Positions 37,329-47,260 of a DNA stretch of 49,925 nt are shown here, piece by piece. Every line of letters begins with the position of its first letter. Position 1 is the stretch's first letter. Source of the stretch: Parcubacteria group bacterium (GTDB lineage Bacteria > Patescibacteriota > Minisyncoccia > 2-02-FULL-40-12); contig JACPLU010000007.1 in assembly GCA_016186395.1 (NCBI GenBank), forward strand, positions 1 through 49,925, in the 5' to 3' direction. Made by a program: the position numbers and the translations under genes. Under the pieces are notes generated by a model. The model ran no database searches, was not told the origin of the DNA, and saw only the letters and a list, made by a program, of their open reading frames with translations.

Positions 37329-38789
37329 TCATATATCATGGATCTCCTGCCAATGTTGATTTAGCTCCAGCCAATTTCTAAATTTTACTAAAAATTCTTG
37401 CGTTTCTGTTCGTAGCGGTTCCTTGGCCCAATCGCCAACTAAACCAATATTGATATGGGCAGATAAAGCTTTATTCGCCCACTTTGGCTTACCGTTATAT
37501 CGGGCCAAATCCTGTTCCATTCCATAGGAAGTATTCTCAATCCGATCAATAACTTGTCTTTGTATTTGCAATTTCGTTTTAGCCGAGGCTAAATCATTTT
37601 TAAGTTTAGCCAAAGATTTTTGGTTTCTTGTATTATTTAACTTGGCTTCCAATTGATTCATTTTATCTTGCAATTCTTCTGCCTTCTTTTTTAAAGGAGG
37701 GATGTACTCGGCTCTATTGTAGTCAATCAACAATGCCGTAGCCTTGGTAACATTAACATGATCTGCTGCGCCTGCAACAAAGTCTTTTATTAAGTCCGCG
37801 GTAGGATAACTTGACCTAATTCCTTTATATGTACCGCTAGTAAATTGATTTAGACCTTGAGCTTCAGCCGGACTTTTTGTAAATGAATAAGCTTTTTGTT
37901 TATTAGCGCCCAAAATAACATCAACCCTTTCAAAAATAGTTTTAGGATCAACTAATACTTCACCGAAGTCACTTTGTTCAATATGGGGAATAGCTATTAA
38001 TAATTCGGGTTTGATTGTGTCTGCCACTAATTTACCCGGATAAGCCCGTGACCGAACTCCTAGGTTTCTTAAATCATCTAAAGCTTTGCTAACCACCTCG
38101 TTTTTCTGATACGACCTTCCTGACTGAACCAAAAAGTCTCTATACAAGTCGGGACTATATGGAGAATAATATAAATCTTTCTCCGGAGTTCTGACTATTT
38201 GTTCAACTCTTTTTATCTTACCCCTGATTCTTTGCATAAGTTCCACTTTTTTATAAGTCGGGAAACGATTCTCAACCACAACATAGCCAGACGGTTTATA
38301 TGATTTATAAATATTGTTAAATCCATTTAAACGAGACCCGCTTAAACGCGGCATGACGCGTATATCAACCAACTCCTCTTGAAGTGACACTGGATCAATT
38401 AGCCTTGAATTAACAAAGTCTTCCATTTCCTGGTTAATTTTGGCAAATTGAATTTCACCAAGAAACCCACCTCTTCCATGATCAATAGTTTGATCATAAG
38501 CTAAAAGAGCTAAACCAATCTCCCGCATATTTAAAGCCGGGACTGTTTTATTTCTAGCCCAAGAAATGTCGTGAAGTTTTACCTCTTGATTGCCAATCTT
38601 CAAGTTCAACTTACTTAAACCTATGTCGGCCTCTTTGATAATTTCGTCCCAATCTTCCCAAGTTCGTATTCTTTCAGACTTTTGACTATCTGACCGTGAA
38701 ATAATTTCTATTACTGAAGCTGTATAAGAACTAATACAAAATCCTCCGAAAAGGAGGATCGCCCCAAAATAGACTCGCCAATACTTCAT
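37329..38789 (-). CDS. Secreted protein with lysozyme/lytic-transglycosylase-like C-terminal domain
   Basis: Signal peptide; IEQS, AQGLNQF, ARYNG resemble SLT motifs; coiled-coil insert. Confidence 0.5.
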   Translation of the reverse strand: MKYWRVYFGAILLFGGFCISSYTASVIEIISRSDSQKSERIRTWEDWDEIIKEADIGLSKLNLKIGNQEVKLHDISWARNKTVPALNMREIGLALLAYDQTIDHGRGGFLGEIQFAKINQEMEDFVNSRLIDPVSLQEELVDIRVMPRLSGSRLNGFNNIYKSYKPSGYVVVENRFPTYKKVELMQRIRGKIKRVEQIVRTPEKDLYYSPYSPDLYRDFLVQSGRSYQKNEVVSKALDDLRNLGVRSRAYPGKLVADTIKPELLIAIPHIEQSDFGEVLVDPKTIFERVDVILGANKQKAYSFTKSPAEAQGLNQFTSGTYKGIRSSYPTADLIKDFVAGAADHVNVTKATALLIDYNRAEYIPPLKKKAEELQDKMNQLEAKLNNTRNQKSLAKLKNDLASAKTKLQIQRQVIDRIENTSYGMEQDLARYNGKPKWANKALSAHINIGLVGDWAKEPLRTETQEFLVKFRNWLELNQHWQEIHDI

Positions 38790-38834
38790 GTTATTATTCT
38801 CCTATATGTTTTTAATGTGTGCAACGTTATCCTG

Positions 38835-41081
38835 TCATTTTGACAAATCTTTGGCAAGAGTTTCCACGGCATCAGAGAACTGATTGACTATCCCGTTAGA
38901 ATATATACCTCGAACAATTTCAGCAAATATTGGAAGCGCTAACTTCCCACCAGTAGGTTGCGTAATCCAATCACTCATAGAATTAGGTTGATCGAAACCA
39001 ACCCAAACTACGATTGTATAAGATGGTGCCCTACCTTTTGATCCTGTAATTCCTCCAAACCAAGCATCTTTAAAATCATTAGTCGTTCCTGTTTTTCCAG
39101 CTACTGGAATATCAACCATCATATTGCCAGCTTTTACTACTAAATAATTTGGTGAATTTGAACGAGTTAAAGACGCGGCCGTTCCACGAAACGTTACATT
39201 TCTAAGCATTGCTACTAACGGTGTAATCTTTTCCGAAGAAACAACTTCATAACCTTTTATATCTTGTCTAAAATTATGCCTGCCTTTCTTGTCTGAAACG
39301 GATTCGACAAGATATGGACGAAATAACCGACCTTGATTAGCAAATACCGAATATACAGTTGCTATATCGATTGGGCGAACACTTACCGCTCCAATAGCAG
39401 TTGGCAGATACGGATCTAATACTATTTTATTCTCATATAAATTAACTGGATAAAGATTGATCCCAAGACGATACGCCATTTGAATAACAACTTCAATTCC
39501 TTTTCTTTTTTCCTCTCCAAGTGCATTCGCCGTATTGATAGCGGCAAGATTTCTTGAATTAACCAACGCATCAACCATTCTTATATTTCCCCAAAATGGC
39601 GGCCTTCCTTTAACCGGATAATTTTGGGGTCTCCACCACTTAATAACTCGTCCAGTCTTTTTGTCTCTCTTAGCCGGCATAACTATAGAACAATCGCAAA
39701 CCATGTCATAGGGAGTTTTGCCTCTTTCAAGTGCAGAAAGATAAACAATCGGCTTAAACAAAGACCCCAGCTGACGAAAAGCTTGTACGGTTCGATTAAA
39801 ATTTCCATTATGTAATGTATCCGCAAAATCATAGCCACCGACCATGGCACGAATTGCCCCTGGCCTATTACCAAGATGCATTGGATTTTTATTCTCTAAA
39901 ATAACTACTGCGCCCTGAAAAAACGCCCCATCATCCTTACCAGAATGTTTTACCCATTCTCGATTGTATAAATCAATTTGTTTTTTTAACGCTATTTCAA
40001 CAATCTTTTGAAGCCGCATATCAACTGTTGTATGAATATCTAAACCGCCATGCCACACATCTTTGAAACCCAGATTCAATTCGTTTTTGAGAATAGCTTT
40101 GGTATGTTCAATGGGATATTTAAGTGAAGAAAAAAATTCAGTCTGATTGCTTCTAGGCTTTGGCAATGACTCGTTACTGGCACGCTTAAACATTTCATCA
40201 TCAATAAAACCATTTTTAAGCATCTGGGTTAATACGTAGTGACGTCTTCCTAATGCCGCATTCGGATGATAGATAGGCGAATAATCAGACGGGTTTTTAA
40301 TTAATCCGGCAAGCAAAGCACAAGCGGCTATTACTTCCGGATCATCATAATCCCAAAGCTCATCAAGTCGGCGATGACAAAATTTCCACGCCGCACGCTC
40401 AACCCCATAACGACCATCTCCCTCGTAAGACAGGTTCGCATAAAGAGCAAACATATCTTCTCTTGGATAGTGTCTAAGCTGATAGACCATCCTAATCTCA
40501 TCAAATTTTCTCTGAAGTGACACATTAGCCCTGGAAAATCGGTACATTTTTTTTGCTTCACCCCACACTCTACGCACATTCTGGGCCTGAAGACCGCTTC
40601 CACCTGATTTAATTTGAGGACCACCGCTTAAACTACTTTTTTGATTGGTAATAAATGCGCGAACTATCGCTAAAGGATCAAATCCAATATTTCTACTAAA
40701 AAATCCAAAAAAGTTTTTATCTTCGGCCGCTAATATTGCCTCGCGTAACCGAGGTGGTATCTGATCATACGTAACTAGACGCCTATTCTCACCATCAAAA
40801 AAACCGTAAATAGGTTTTTGGTCAGCCGAGTAAACAAGACTCGTCTGTTTCGGAACAAATTCAGCCAACTCATCAGGTGAAGGCAGATCTCTGGGATATT
40901 GAAAATAGTCGAGAAACAATCCAAAGAGAATAACAAAAATTACAGAACCAAAAACAAAAAAGCGCTTCCAGAACCTCCTTCTTATCTCTTTTTTTGCAAG
41001 CTCAACTGTTTTATCAAGCCATTCTTTAGGAACATGCAATGTGCCATTGAGCCTTTTTTTGATTTTTCCATTTGAACCCAT
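38835..41081 (-). CDS. Class A penicillin-binding protein (transglycosylase + transpeptidase)
   Basis: AAEDKNFF, GGSGLQAQ, RK..E, RQLGSLFKP (SxxK), SRN, GKTGTT. Confidence 0.92.
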   Translation of the reverse strand: MGSNGKIKKRLNGTLHVPKEWLDKTVELAKKEIRRRFWKRFFVFGSVIFVILFGLFLDYFQYPRDLPSPDELAEFVPKQTSLVYSADQKPIYGFFDGENRRLVTYDQIPPRLREAILAAEDKNFFGFFSRNIGFDPLAIVRAFITNQKSSLSGGPQIKSGGSGLQAQNVRRVWGEAKKMYRFSRANVSLQRKFDEIRMVYQLRHYPREDMFALYANLSYEGDGRYGVERAAWKFCHRRLDELWDYDDPEVIAACALLAGLIKNPSDYSPIYHPNAALGRRHYVLTQMLKNGFIDDEMFKRASNESLPKPRSNQTEFFSSLKYPIEHTKAILKNELNLGFKDVWHGGLDIHTTVDMRLQKIVEIALKKQIDLYNREWVKHSGKDDGAFFQGAVVILENKNPMHLGNRPGAIRAMVGGYDFADTLHNGNFNRTVQAFRQLGSLFKPIVYLSALERGKTPYDMVCDCSIVMPAKRDKKTGRVIKWWRPQNYPVKGRPPFWGNIRMVDALVNSRNLAAINTANALGEEKRKGIEVVIQMAYRLGINLYPVNLYENKIVLDPYLPTAIGAVSVRPIDIATVYSVFANQGRLFRPYLVESVSDKKGRHNFRQDIKGYEVVSSEKITPLVAMLRNVTFRGTAASLTRSNSPNYLVVKAGNMMVDIPVAGKTGTTNDFKDAWFGGITGSKGRAPSYTIVVWVGFDQPNSMSDWITQPTGGKLALPIFAEIVRGIYSNGIVNQFSDAVETLAKDLSK

Positions 41082-41275
41082 CGATTTATCCCCTTTTCAT
41101 TTTTTTTTGTAAAAGTACATATTCCGCAATACAGATATTATGGTAGTCTTTCCCTGAAAAAAATCAAACACTCAATTCGTTTCGATTAACACAGTTCCTT
41201 CCTCTTTTACGACATTGAATGTCGTAAGAACACAAACGAGACAGAGTAAATAATTTAAAACCCTAATTAAGGATA

Positions 41276-42766
41276 TTATTTATCTGGTTCATTAAGAGAT
41301 TCTTTGATTCTGACTTTGTGAGGCTTAAGCGTCGTTAACCATTCTTTAAGAGCATAGGTGGCCCGAACATCATCTTCGTTATATTGAATGAGTTTTTTTA
41401 ATAGTTTCTCATCTTTAGTCTTAAGCCACTCGTCATACCAAACAACTGACTCCGCACCGCCGGCATCTTCGCTTGTCCATTTAAAACCAATGTAGCCAGC
41501 CACATCTTTAAGACTATAAAAATACAACGGCAAAATAACGCTATCAGTTACTGTTCTATGAAGATCAAAAGCGTGATCATTGAATTTTTCAATTAACTCC
41601 CTTGGGCCGCCATATTTTCTAAAAAGCCGGTTCAAAACATGCTTTTCATAATAACCGTAATGATAAATTGCCGTATTTTCATCTAAATCCTCTACAAATT
41701 TTAAAAACTCTCCCCAAATCTTGGATTCTTCGAGTTTGTCGTGAGCAAGAAAATATTTATATTTTGGCGTTTCAGAACCGTTTTTAATCAACAGACCCAT
41801 TAAATAATCAATACTTTGAGTAGGATCGCTTTCTATGTCAAAATAGACCTCGTTTTCCACTTCAGGTAAACTAGTCTTACTTAAAACTATCATTTTATTT
41901 TCTTTCAAAGATTGAGCTTGATTATGAAAGCGCAACAATTTATCAACCGGCCAATCTCTTAGTGTTTCCTGTAAACGATTAAAATCTGTTTCTGCAAATT
42001 GGGCTACAGTTTTAATTCCTAATTCATAAAGCCTTTTTTGATCAGACTGACTTAGTCTATAAATTAGAGAGACGTCATTACAACCCTGGGTGTCGGCAAT
42101 ACAAATTGAATACCAAGGAGTTCGCTTGCAACCGCTTTTTAAAAATGGCGCCGGTTTTTCACCATTAAGTATTTTTTCAATCCCTTCAAGCGTCCAATTG
42201 AAATCTTGAACATAATCCTCAATTAAAAAAGACCTCGGTTCACCTTCAGCATTTAAAATATAAGCTTCATTTGGTCTAACACCTTGAATATTTTCTAAAA
42301 TAAGACTTGCAAAAACCAAAGGAAATTTGTACTCATCTTTCATCTCCGGATCATTTCTTATGTCATAGGCCACATAGTACCAATCGCCTAAAGTGCTTTT
42401 TATTCCTTTTTGACCAGATGACTTTAATTCACTAACAGGCCTTGCCTCCAAAAAATCTGGTGTGCCAACCCAGTGTTCGTGCATTAAAATAGGCCGATAA
42501 ATATTTTTTCCCTGCTTCATAAACTCAAGTGTCACTGCAAAAGCTTCATCTAAATCTTGCGACAACTGTTCTGGTATCTTTTCAAACTGTTTGTGAGCAA
42601 AAAGATTTTCCGAATCTCTCACTCTTGATTCCAACAAAAGCTTCATTATTGCAGGAACATGTTTGTGCTTTTGCTGATCCTCGTAAAGGTCATACCAAAT
42701 CCAATGAGGACATAAAAAAAACTTATAAAAATGATCGCTGGTAACTTTAGTCGTGGCGCTAGACAT
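41276..42766 (-). CDS. TM0106-family RecB-like nuclease with C-terminal RNase H-like domain
   Basis: Cys pattern, G.PDFLE, YFDIESDP, IYHYG.YE, YSLKDVA, YNEDDVRAT. Confidence 0.8.
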   Translation of the reverse strand: MSSATTKVTSDHFYKFFLCPHWIWYDLYEDQQKHKHVPAIMKLLLESRVRDSENLFAHKQFEKIPEQLSQDLDEAFAVTLEFMKQGKNIYRPILMHEHWVGTPDFLEARPVSELKSSGQKGIKSTLGDWYYVAYDIRNDPEMKDEYKFPLVFASLILENIQGVRPNEAYILNAEGEPRSFLIEDYVQDFNWTLEGIEKILNGEKPAPFLKSGCKRTPWYSICIADTQGCNDVSLIYRLSQSDQKRLYELGIKTVAQFAETDFNRLQETLRDWPVDKLLRFHNQAQSLKENKMIVLSKTSLPEVENEVYFDIESDPTQSIDYLMGLLIKNGSETPKYKYFLAHDKLEESKIWGEFLKFVEDLDENTAIYHYGYYEKHVLNRLFRKYGGPRELIEKFNDHAFDLHRTVTDSVILPLYFYSLKDVAGYIGFKWTSEDAGGAESVVWYDEWLKTKDEKLLKKLIQYNEDDVRATYALKEWLTTLKPHKVRIKESLNEPDK

Positions 42767-42800
42767 GATATCTAGTATATCTGATTTCCATTTAAATCAA

Positions 42801-42830
42801 AACCCCGCCCTTGAGCTCAAGGGCGGGGTT
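42801..42830 (-). terminator. Rho-independent terminator
   Basis: aaccccgcccttgagctcaagggcggggtt perfect palindrome. Confidence 0.8.
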
Positions 42831-42847
42831 GTTAAATTGAGTATCAA

Positions 42848-43114
42848 CTATTGAACTGGCTCATTAAGAACTTTTTCTATATCAGCCAACTCCTTATCAA
42901 GATCATTTAAATCTGTACTATTCAAATCTTTTTCTATGTCAGCCACGGAATCAGAAGTTCCCTGATCCAAAATATTAATTTCTTGCTGACCTAAACTTGG
43001 AGTAGGTGTTGCTGTTGGTTCACCCAGTGGACTACTTGATCTTAGGAAGAACCACCATCCTAAAACTAAAATAACTAATATGATTACAACCCAGGTTGTT
43101 TTTGATCCTTTCAC
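42848..43114 (-). CDS. Small single-TM protein with acidic tail
   Basis: N-terminal TM, PT linker, DIEKDL..DLDKEL. Confidence 0.7.
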   Translation of the reverse strand: MKGSKTTWVVIILVILVLGWWFFLRSSSPLGEPTATPTPSLGQQEINILDQGTSDSVADIEKDLNSTDLNDLDKELADIEKVLNEPVQ

Positions 43115-43181
43115 TTTTTACACAGAATCAAGAAATGAAATTATTGATTTTACTTCATAATTTTTCCTTCTTGATTCAATT

Positions 43182-43952
43182 CTAGGAAGCTGTAGGAGTC
43201 GGAGTTGCTGTATCACTTGGCGTTGAAGTAGGGGTTGGCGTTTCAGAAGAACTTGGTGTCGGAGTTGGAGTTCCAGACCCACTCGGGGTTGGAGTCGGAG
43301 TAGCTGTACTAGAAGGTGTTGGGGTAGGGCTTACTGAAGAAGTTGGACTTGCAGTAGGCGATGGCGATATGCCCGAAGCACCTTTTAATAATTTAATTGT
43401 ATCAACCAAAAGCCTATGGGCAGTCTTAATCTGTTTAACAATTTCCTTAACCAGTCCTCTTACTTCTTCAAAGTTTTTCTTGGGATTACTTGACTCAAGC
43501 AGATCGTCAACTTTTGTGTCACCCTCTTTTAGCATATCCTTTGCTTTTTGAATCGCAACTTTGGCTTGATCAAGCTTAGATTGGGCAGAAGCTACGTCTT
43601 TACCTAAATCTTTTAATTTATTTATCCTTGACTGGATTCTTTCAGCCATCTTATCTAAACGCCTTATCATAATTTCTAAACGATGTTTCATCTTAGTCCA
43701 AAAAGCTTTAATTCTTTCAGCTCTCTTTGTATCAACCCTAGCTTGAGCCTCTGCTCGTTTGCTTTCTTTAATTTCAGCCCTTTCTTCTTGCCTCTCTTGT
43801 TTATCAATCGGTGTCGGCTTTGGTGACCTAGTTGGCGTAGCAGAAGACGAACTAAATGGCTTACCTCTTTGGGCCAGAGAAACACCCGAAAGAACCAATA
43901 AAAAACCGCCTAAAACTAAGGTAGTAATCAGAATTGATGTTGATTTTTTCAT
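43182..43952 (-). CDS. Secreted coiled-coil protein with Pro/Thr/Ser-rich tail
   Basis: Signal peptide, charged helical core, TPTPTPS repeats. Confidence 0.8.
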   Translation of the reverse strand: MKKSTSILITTLVLGGFLLVLSGVSLAQRGKPFSSSSATPTRSPKPTPIDKQERQEERAEIKESKRAEAQARVDTKRAERIKAFWTKMKHRLEIMIRRLDKMAERIQSRINKLKDLGKDVASAQSKLDQAKVAIQKAKDMLKEGDTKVDDLLESSNPKKNFEEVRGLVKEIVKQIKTAHRLLVDTIKLLKGASGISPSPTASPTSSVSPTPTPSSTATPTPTPSGSGTPTPTPSSSETPTPTSTPSDTATPTPTAS

Positions 43953-44122
43953 AGTATTTAAAATCCTCGCATATTGGGTTTACCAAGTCAAGGAACGGTA
44001 TTAACAATCCCGTACTCCGAGGAATACCATAGGCGCTCGCCTTGCACAGCCTCGGCGAAGCAAGATAAGCCCGCCTAAGTTCTGTTTCGCAGAATTTTGG
44101 CGGGTAAATCCGTGGACTTCTG

Positions 44123-44599
44123 CTATTCCTTTGTGCTTTCGGATGTCTTTTCGGTTTGGGTACCGATGTTTATCGGCGCCACTTCAACTATTTTATTTTC
44201 AGCCGGTCTATAAAGAATGGCCTTTCTTAAATTAGTATAAATCAATACCTTATCTCCAATTTGCGCATTGATAAAAAATGGCTGCGATTTCAAGGCCTCT
44301 AGATCAGAGACGGTTGCTACTGTCGGCGTTTCTCCCTCCGGCAAAATAATTAATTTAGAAACAGAAGCTATTAACTTGAGTGTTTCTTCCTGGACGACAA
44401 TTTGAGAACTTTTTCTTAAGGCCGCGGCCTGATACCAAAAATAACCGGCTAATCCAACGGCTATAAAAACCACTGCAATTAAAATAAGGGGCGATAATTT
44501 TTTAATTTTTTCCACTACTGTTACCTCCTGATTCGCCGCCTCTTTCAAATCTTCTAATTGTTTTAGTTTTTCCGTTGTAATATTTTTATTGGGTTCCAT
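44123..44599 (-). CDS. Single-TM hypothetical protein
   Basis: TM then LPEGETPTVATV, FF.NAQ.GDKVLIY, KAILYRP; TTGAAA/TATAAT promoter just upstream. Confidence 0.8.
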   Translation of the reverse strand: MEPNKNITTEKLKQLEDLKEAANQEVTVVEKIKKLSPLILIAVVFIAVGLAGYFWYQAAALRKSSQIVVQEETLKLIASVSKLIILPEGETPTVATVSDLEALKSQPFFINAQIGDKVLIYTNLRKAILYRPAENKIVEVAPINIGTQTEKTSESTKE

Positions 44600-44655
44600 A
44601 AAACTATATTATACAACACTTACTTATTTATTTTCAACAATTTTTGCGAATAACT

Positions 44656-45288
44656 TTAATTAAAGAATTTGAGCGTTAGGAGCATGTTGTCAAAAACATC
44701 TACACTATTGCCTGGTACGTATTCTGCCAGTGGTTTCTCTTCCCAGTGAAAAATCAGAACATAATCAGCACCGTCTATTTTTACCTTGGGTCCGACGAAT
44801 ATTTTTACCTGGCCGGCACTATCTCCACCATAACTTCCATAATCAATCAGGTCATACCTTTTGAACTCTCTGCCATCTATCTGACCGGTGCTATCAGGAC
44901 TTCTTCTCTTACTGTTGTCTATTTGATATTGTAGCTCGGTCAGATGAAAAATTTCGGCCAAAACTAAATCAAAAAAAATCGGCGCTTTGACGGTAAACTG
45001 ATTATAAAATTGGATTTTGGCAGGGCTAAAATACTGGCTTTCGTTAAACCACCCCGCCGGATATTGGAACTTAAATTTGTCGCTGATATCGGCGCTCCCG
45101 TGGAAATTATCAAAAGTAAATGTCTTAAGCCCGTTACTTTCCTCTTCCTTATTATTAGTGGGCTGGGGTATAAAAACAGAAAGTTGACCGTTTTCAACCT
45201 GTTTTTTAACAAAAACAAAATAGCTCACTGCCACGGCAACTACCACAAATAAAATAACTGCGACTATTTTTCTTGAATTTTTACCCAT
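44656..45288 (-). CDS. Membrane-anchored/secreted hypothetical protein
   Basis: N-terminal TM, FKFQYPAGW, ends FDNMLLTLKF (PsbP-like pattern). Confidence 0.7.
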   Translation of the reverse strand: MGKNSRKIVAVILFVVVAVAVSYFVFVKKQVENGQLSVFIPQPTNNKEEESNGLKTFTFDNFHGSADISDKFKFQYPAGWFNESQYFSPAKIQFYNQFTVKAPIFFDLVLAEIFHLTELQYQIDNSKRRSPDSTGQIDGREFKRYDLIDYGSYGGDSAGQVKIFVGPKVKIDGADYVLIFHWEEKPLAEYVPGNSVDVFDNMLLTLKFFN

Positions 45289-45319
45289 TTATACTCAAAA
45301 TTGTCGGATCTACCAAATG

Positions 45320-45937
45320 CTACTTCATATATTGTTCCGCCATGGAGATTAAAAATTTCTTGACCTCCTCCCAGTTTACCTGTTTAATCATTTCAGGCAT
45401 CGGCATTCTTTCTGCGTCTTCAAAGTAAGTAAGCGCCTTCAAAAGGTGGGTTATATTGTACTCAACCTTAAATTTTTTAGGCATCAGGTCTATCAGTGTT
45501 TCCAGAGAAAAATTATGCAACAGAAAGTACATATCAACAAAGTCCTTTTTACTCCCGCGGCTGGCGATCGCATCTAATTTCATGCAAGCGATATCTTTTT
45601 CGTCAGCTAAATATAAATTTTGATTGTACTTTTTTTTAGAAAAAAGTAACTTATAGGGGTAACAGAAAAAGCTTACCTCAACGTTGTCCAACTGGCCATG
45701 GAATGTGTCTTCGGATTGACTGATAATCTTCAACTTCCCTGCCGAACTTAACTTACGACGAAATTCCTCCGTAAATTTAAATTCCTGACCAAACCAATCA
45801 AGATCAACGGAAAAACGATGTCCAAAATAAAGCGCCAGAGCGGTGCCACCGGCTAAATAAACGTTTTTGGTAAGAATGGCATCTCCTAACGATTCAAAAA
45901 CGCGCTTGGTATTTGAGGTAAGTGCTTCCGTGTGCAT
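45320..45937 (-). CDS. AbiEii/AbiGii-family nucleotidyltransferase toxin
   Basis: YLAGGTALAL..GHR.SVDLD, MKLDAI..RG..KDFVD. Confidence 0.88.
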   Translation of the reverse strand: MHTEALTSNTKRVFESLGDAILTKNVYLAGGTALALYFGHRFSVDLDWFGQEFKFTEEFRRKLSSAGKLKIISQSEDTFHGQLDNVEVSFFCYPYKLLFSKKKYNQNLYLADEKDIACMKLDAIASRGSKKDFVDMYFLLHNFSLETLIDLMPKKFKVEYNITHLLKALTYFEDAERMPMPEMIKQVNWEEVKKFLISMAEQYMK

Positions 45938-46203
45938 GATAAAGATTTTGGGGGTAATTTAAGAATCAGCTCCCAGAAATTTACACTTCTCTGAGATTCA
46001 AAAGGGTGTTCTTGGGCCGTTTTTCTAATTTTCTCCAATCCGTAAATTTTTTTTATCGCTTCCCATTCATCCAAATCACCGAAATCCAAAACCCGGCCAA
46101 TAATAAATTCGGCGTTCTTTTCAATGTCAAGTTTTTCGGAATTTACATCCCAAAACAAAGAATCCCTAAAACGGCCGATTTTTATACTCATTTTGTCTCT
46201 CAT
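45886..46203 (-). CDS. Small partner protein of the nucleotidyltransferase (DUF6922-like, putative antitoxin)
   Basis: LFWDV..LD, FIIGRVLDFG; overlaps the toxin start; TTGAAA-17-TATACT promoter. Confidence 0.75.
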   Translation of the reverse strand: MRDKMSIKIGRFRDSLFWDVNSEKLDIEKNAEFIIGRVLDFGDLDEWEAIKKIYGLEKIRKTAQEHPFESQRSVNFWELILKLPPKSLSCTRKHLPQIPSAFLNR

Positions 46204-46281
46204 ATACTCTAAAGTATATCAAAAATCTCATCAAATTTCAACAAAAGATAAATCGGGATATCTTGTTTTACCTGACGAGAT

Positions 46282-47259
46282 TTATCTGAACTTGACCAAC
46301 CCGCGAATTTTAACATTTCCTCTTATTACATGGCCGGCAGGAATATAGGTGATGACGATAAGGCCTGGGCCACCGTCTGCAAAAGGGCTGGCTTGTACCT
46401 CTCCACCACCACCACCACCACCATATGAGCCACCAGCGCCACCCGCAACGCCATTAGTGCCGCCTTCTCCACCACCACCAGAACCGTGAGTGCTATCCCA
46501 CTCACTTCCATTTCCACCATTAACACCATTAGTAGTGCCGGTGGAGCCACCGATGCCACCATAACCGGCATCTCCTGAACCGCCGGCGCCAGTACTAGTT
46601 CCAGCTACACCAACTCCTCCATCTCCCCATGGTCCACCAGCGCCTCCTCCTCCTCCTCCTGCATCAGCAGTACCATCATCTCCAGCTCCACCATCTCCAC
46701 CATTAGTTTTTTTTGTCCCAACACCATTAGAAGCCAAACCACCGGCCCCATTAGTAATAGCGTTGCCAGCGCTTAGCTTTCCACCCTCGGCTTTAACACA
46801 GAGCGCGCTATCTGTGCAAAGGGCGAAGCTTGCCGCGTTAAACCAAGTGTTGCCTCCGCTGGTCCCACTAGCGTTATTGGTTTCTCCACCTGCGCCAGCA
46901 GCTCCAACGCTGAAATTATCGGTGGAGTTTAATACAGTGCCACGAGTGAGTGGAATATTTACGCTTCTTGAATACGCACCACCTCCTGCTCCGCCAGTTC
47001 CTTCGTTACTGCCGTCTCCGGCTCCGCCTCCGCCACCAATCACCTCAACCATGTTAGCTTGATTGTTCCAATCATTGGGAACGGTCCAAGTTGTGTCTGC
47101 GGTTGTAAGAAAGACGACCTTTCTAAATGCCGCTTCCGCTTCGGGGATTTCATAAATCCCGCCAGAAAAAGGAAAAACAAAAGTAACCACTAAAATAAAT
47201 GCAATAATATTTTTGGGATTAATAATATTCCGCATGGTCTTTTTAGAAAATTCTAACAT
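46282..47259 (-). CDS. Secreted glycine-rich protein
   Basis: Signal/TM segment, TWTVP, VEVIGGGGG, GGAGGGAYS, GGPGLIVITY. Confidence 0.8.
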   Translation of the reverse strand: MLEFSKKTMRNIINPKNIIAFILVVTFVFPFSGGIYEIPEAEAAFRKVVFLTTADTTWTVPNDWNNQANMVEVIGGGGGAGDGSNEGTGGAGGGAYSRSVNIPLTRGTVLNSTDNFSVGAAGAGGETNNASGTSGGNTWFNAASFALCTDSALCVKAEGGKLSAGNAITNGAGGLASNGVGTKKTNGGDGGAGDDGTADAGGGGGGAGGPWGDGGVGVAGTSTGAGGSGDAGYGGIGGSTGTTNGVNGGNGSEWDSTHGSGGGGEGGTNGVAGGAGGSYGGGGGGGEVQASPFADGGPGLIVITYIPAGHVIRGNVKIRGLVKFR

Positions 47260-47260
47260 A

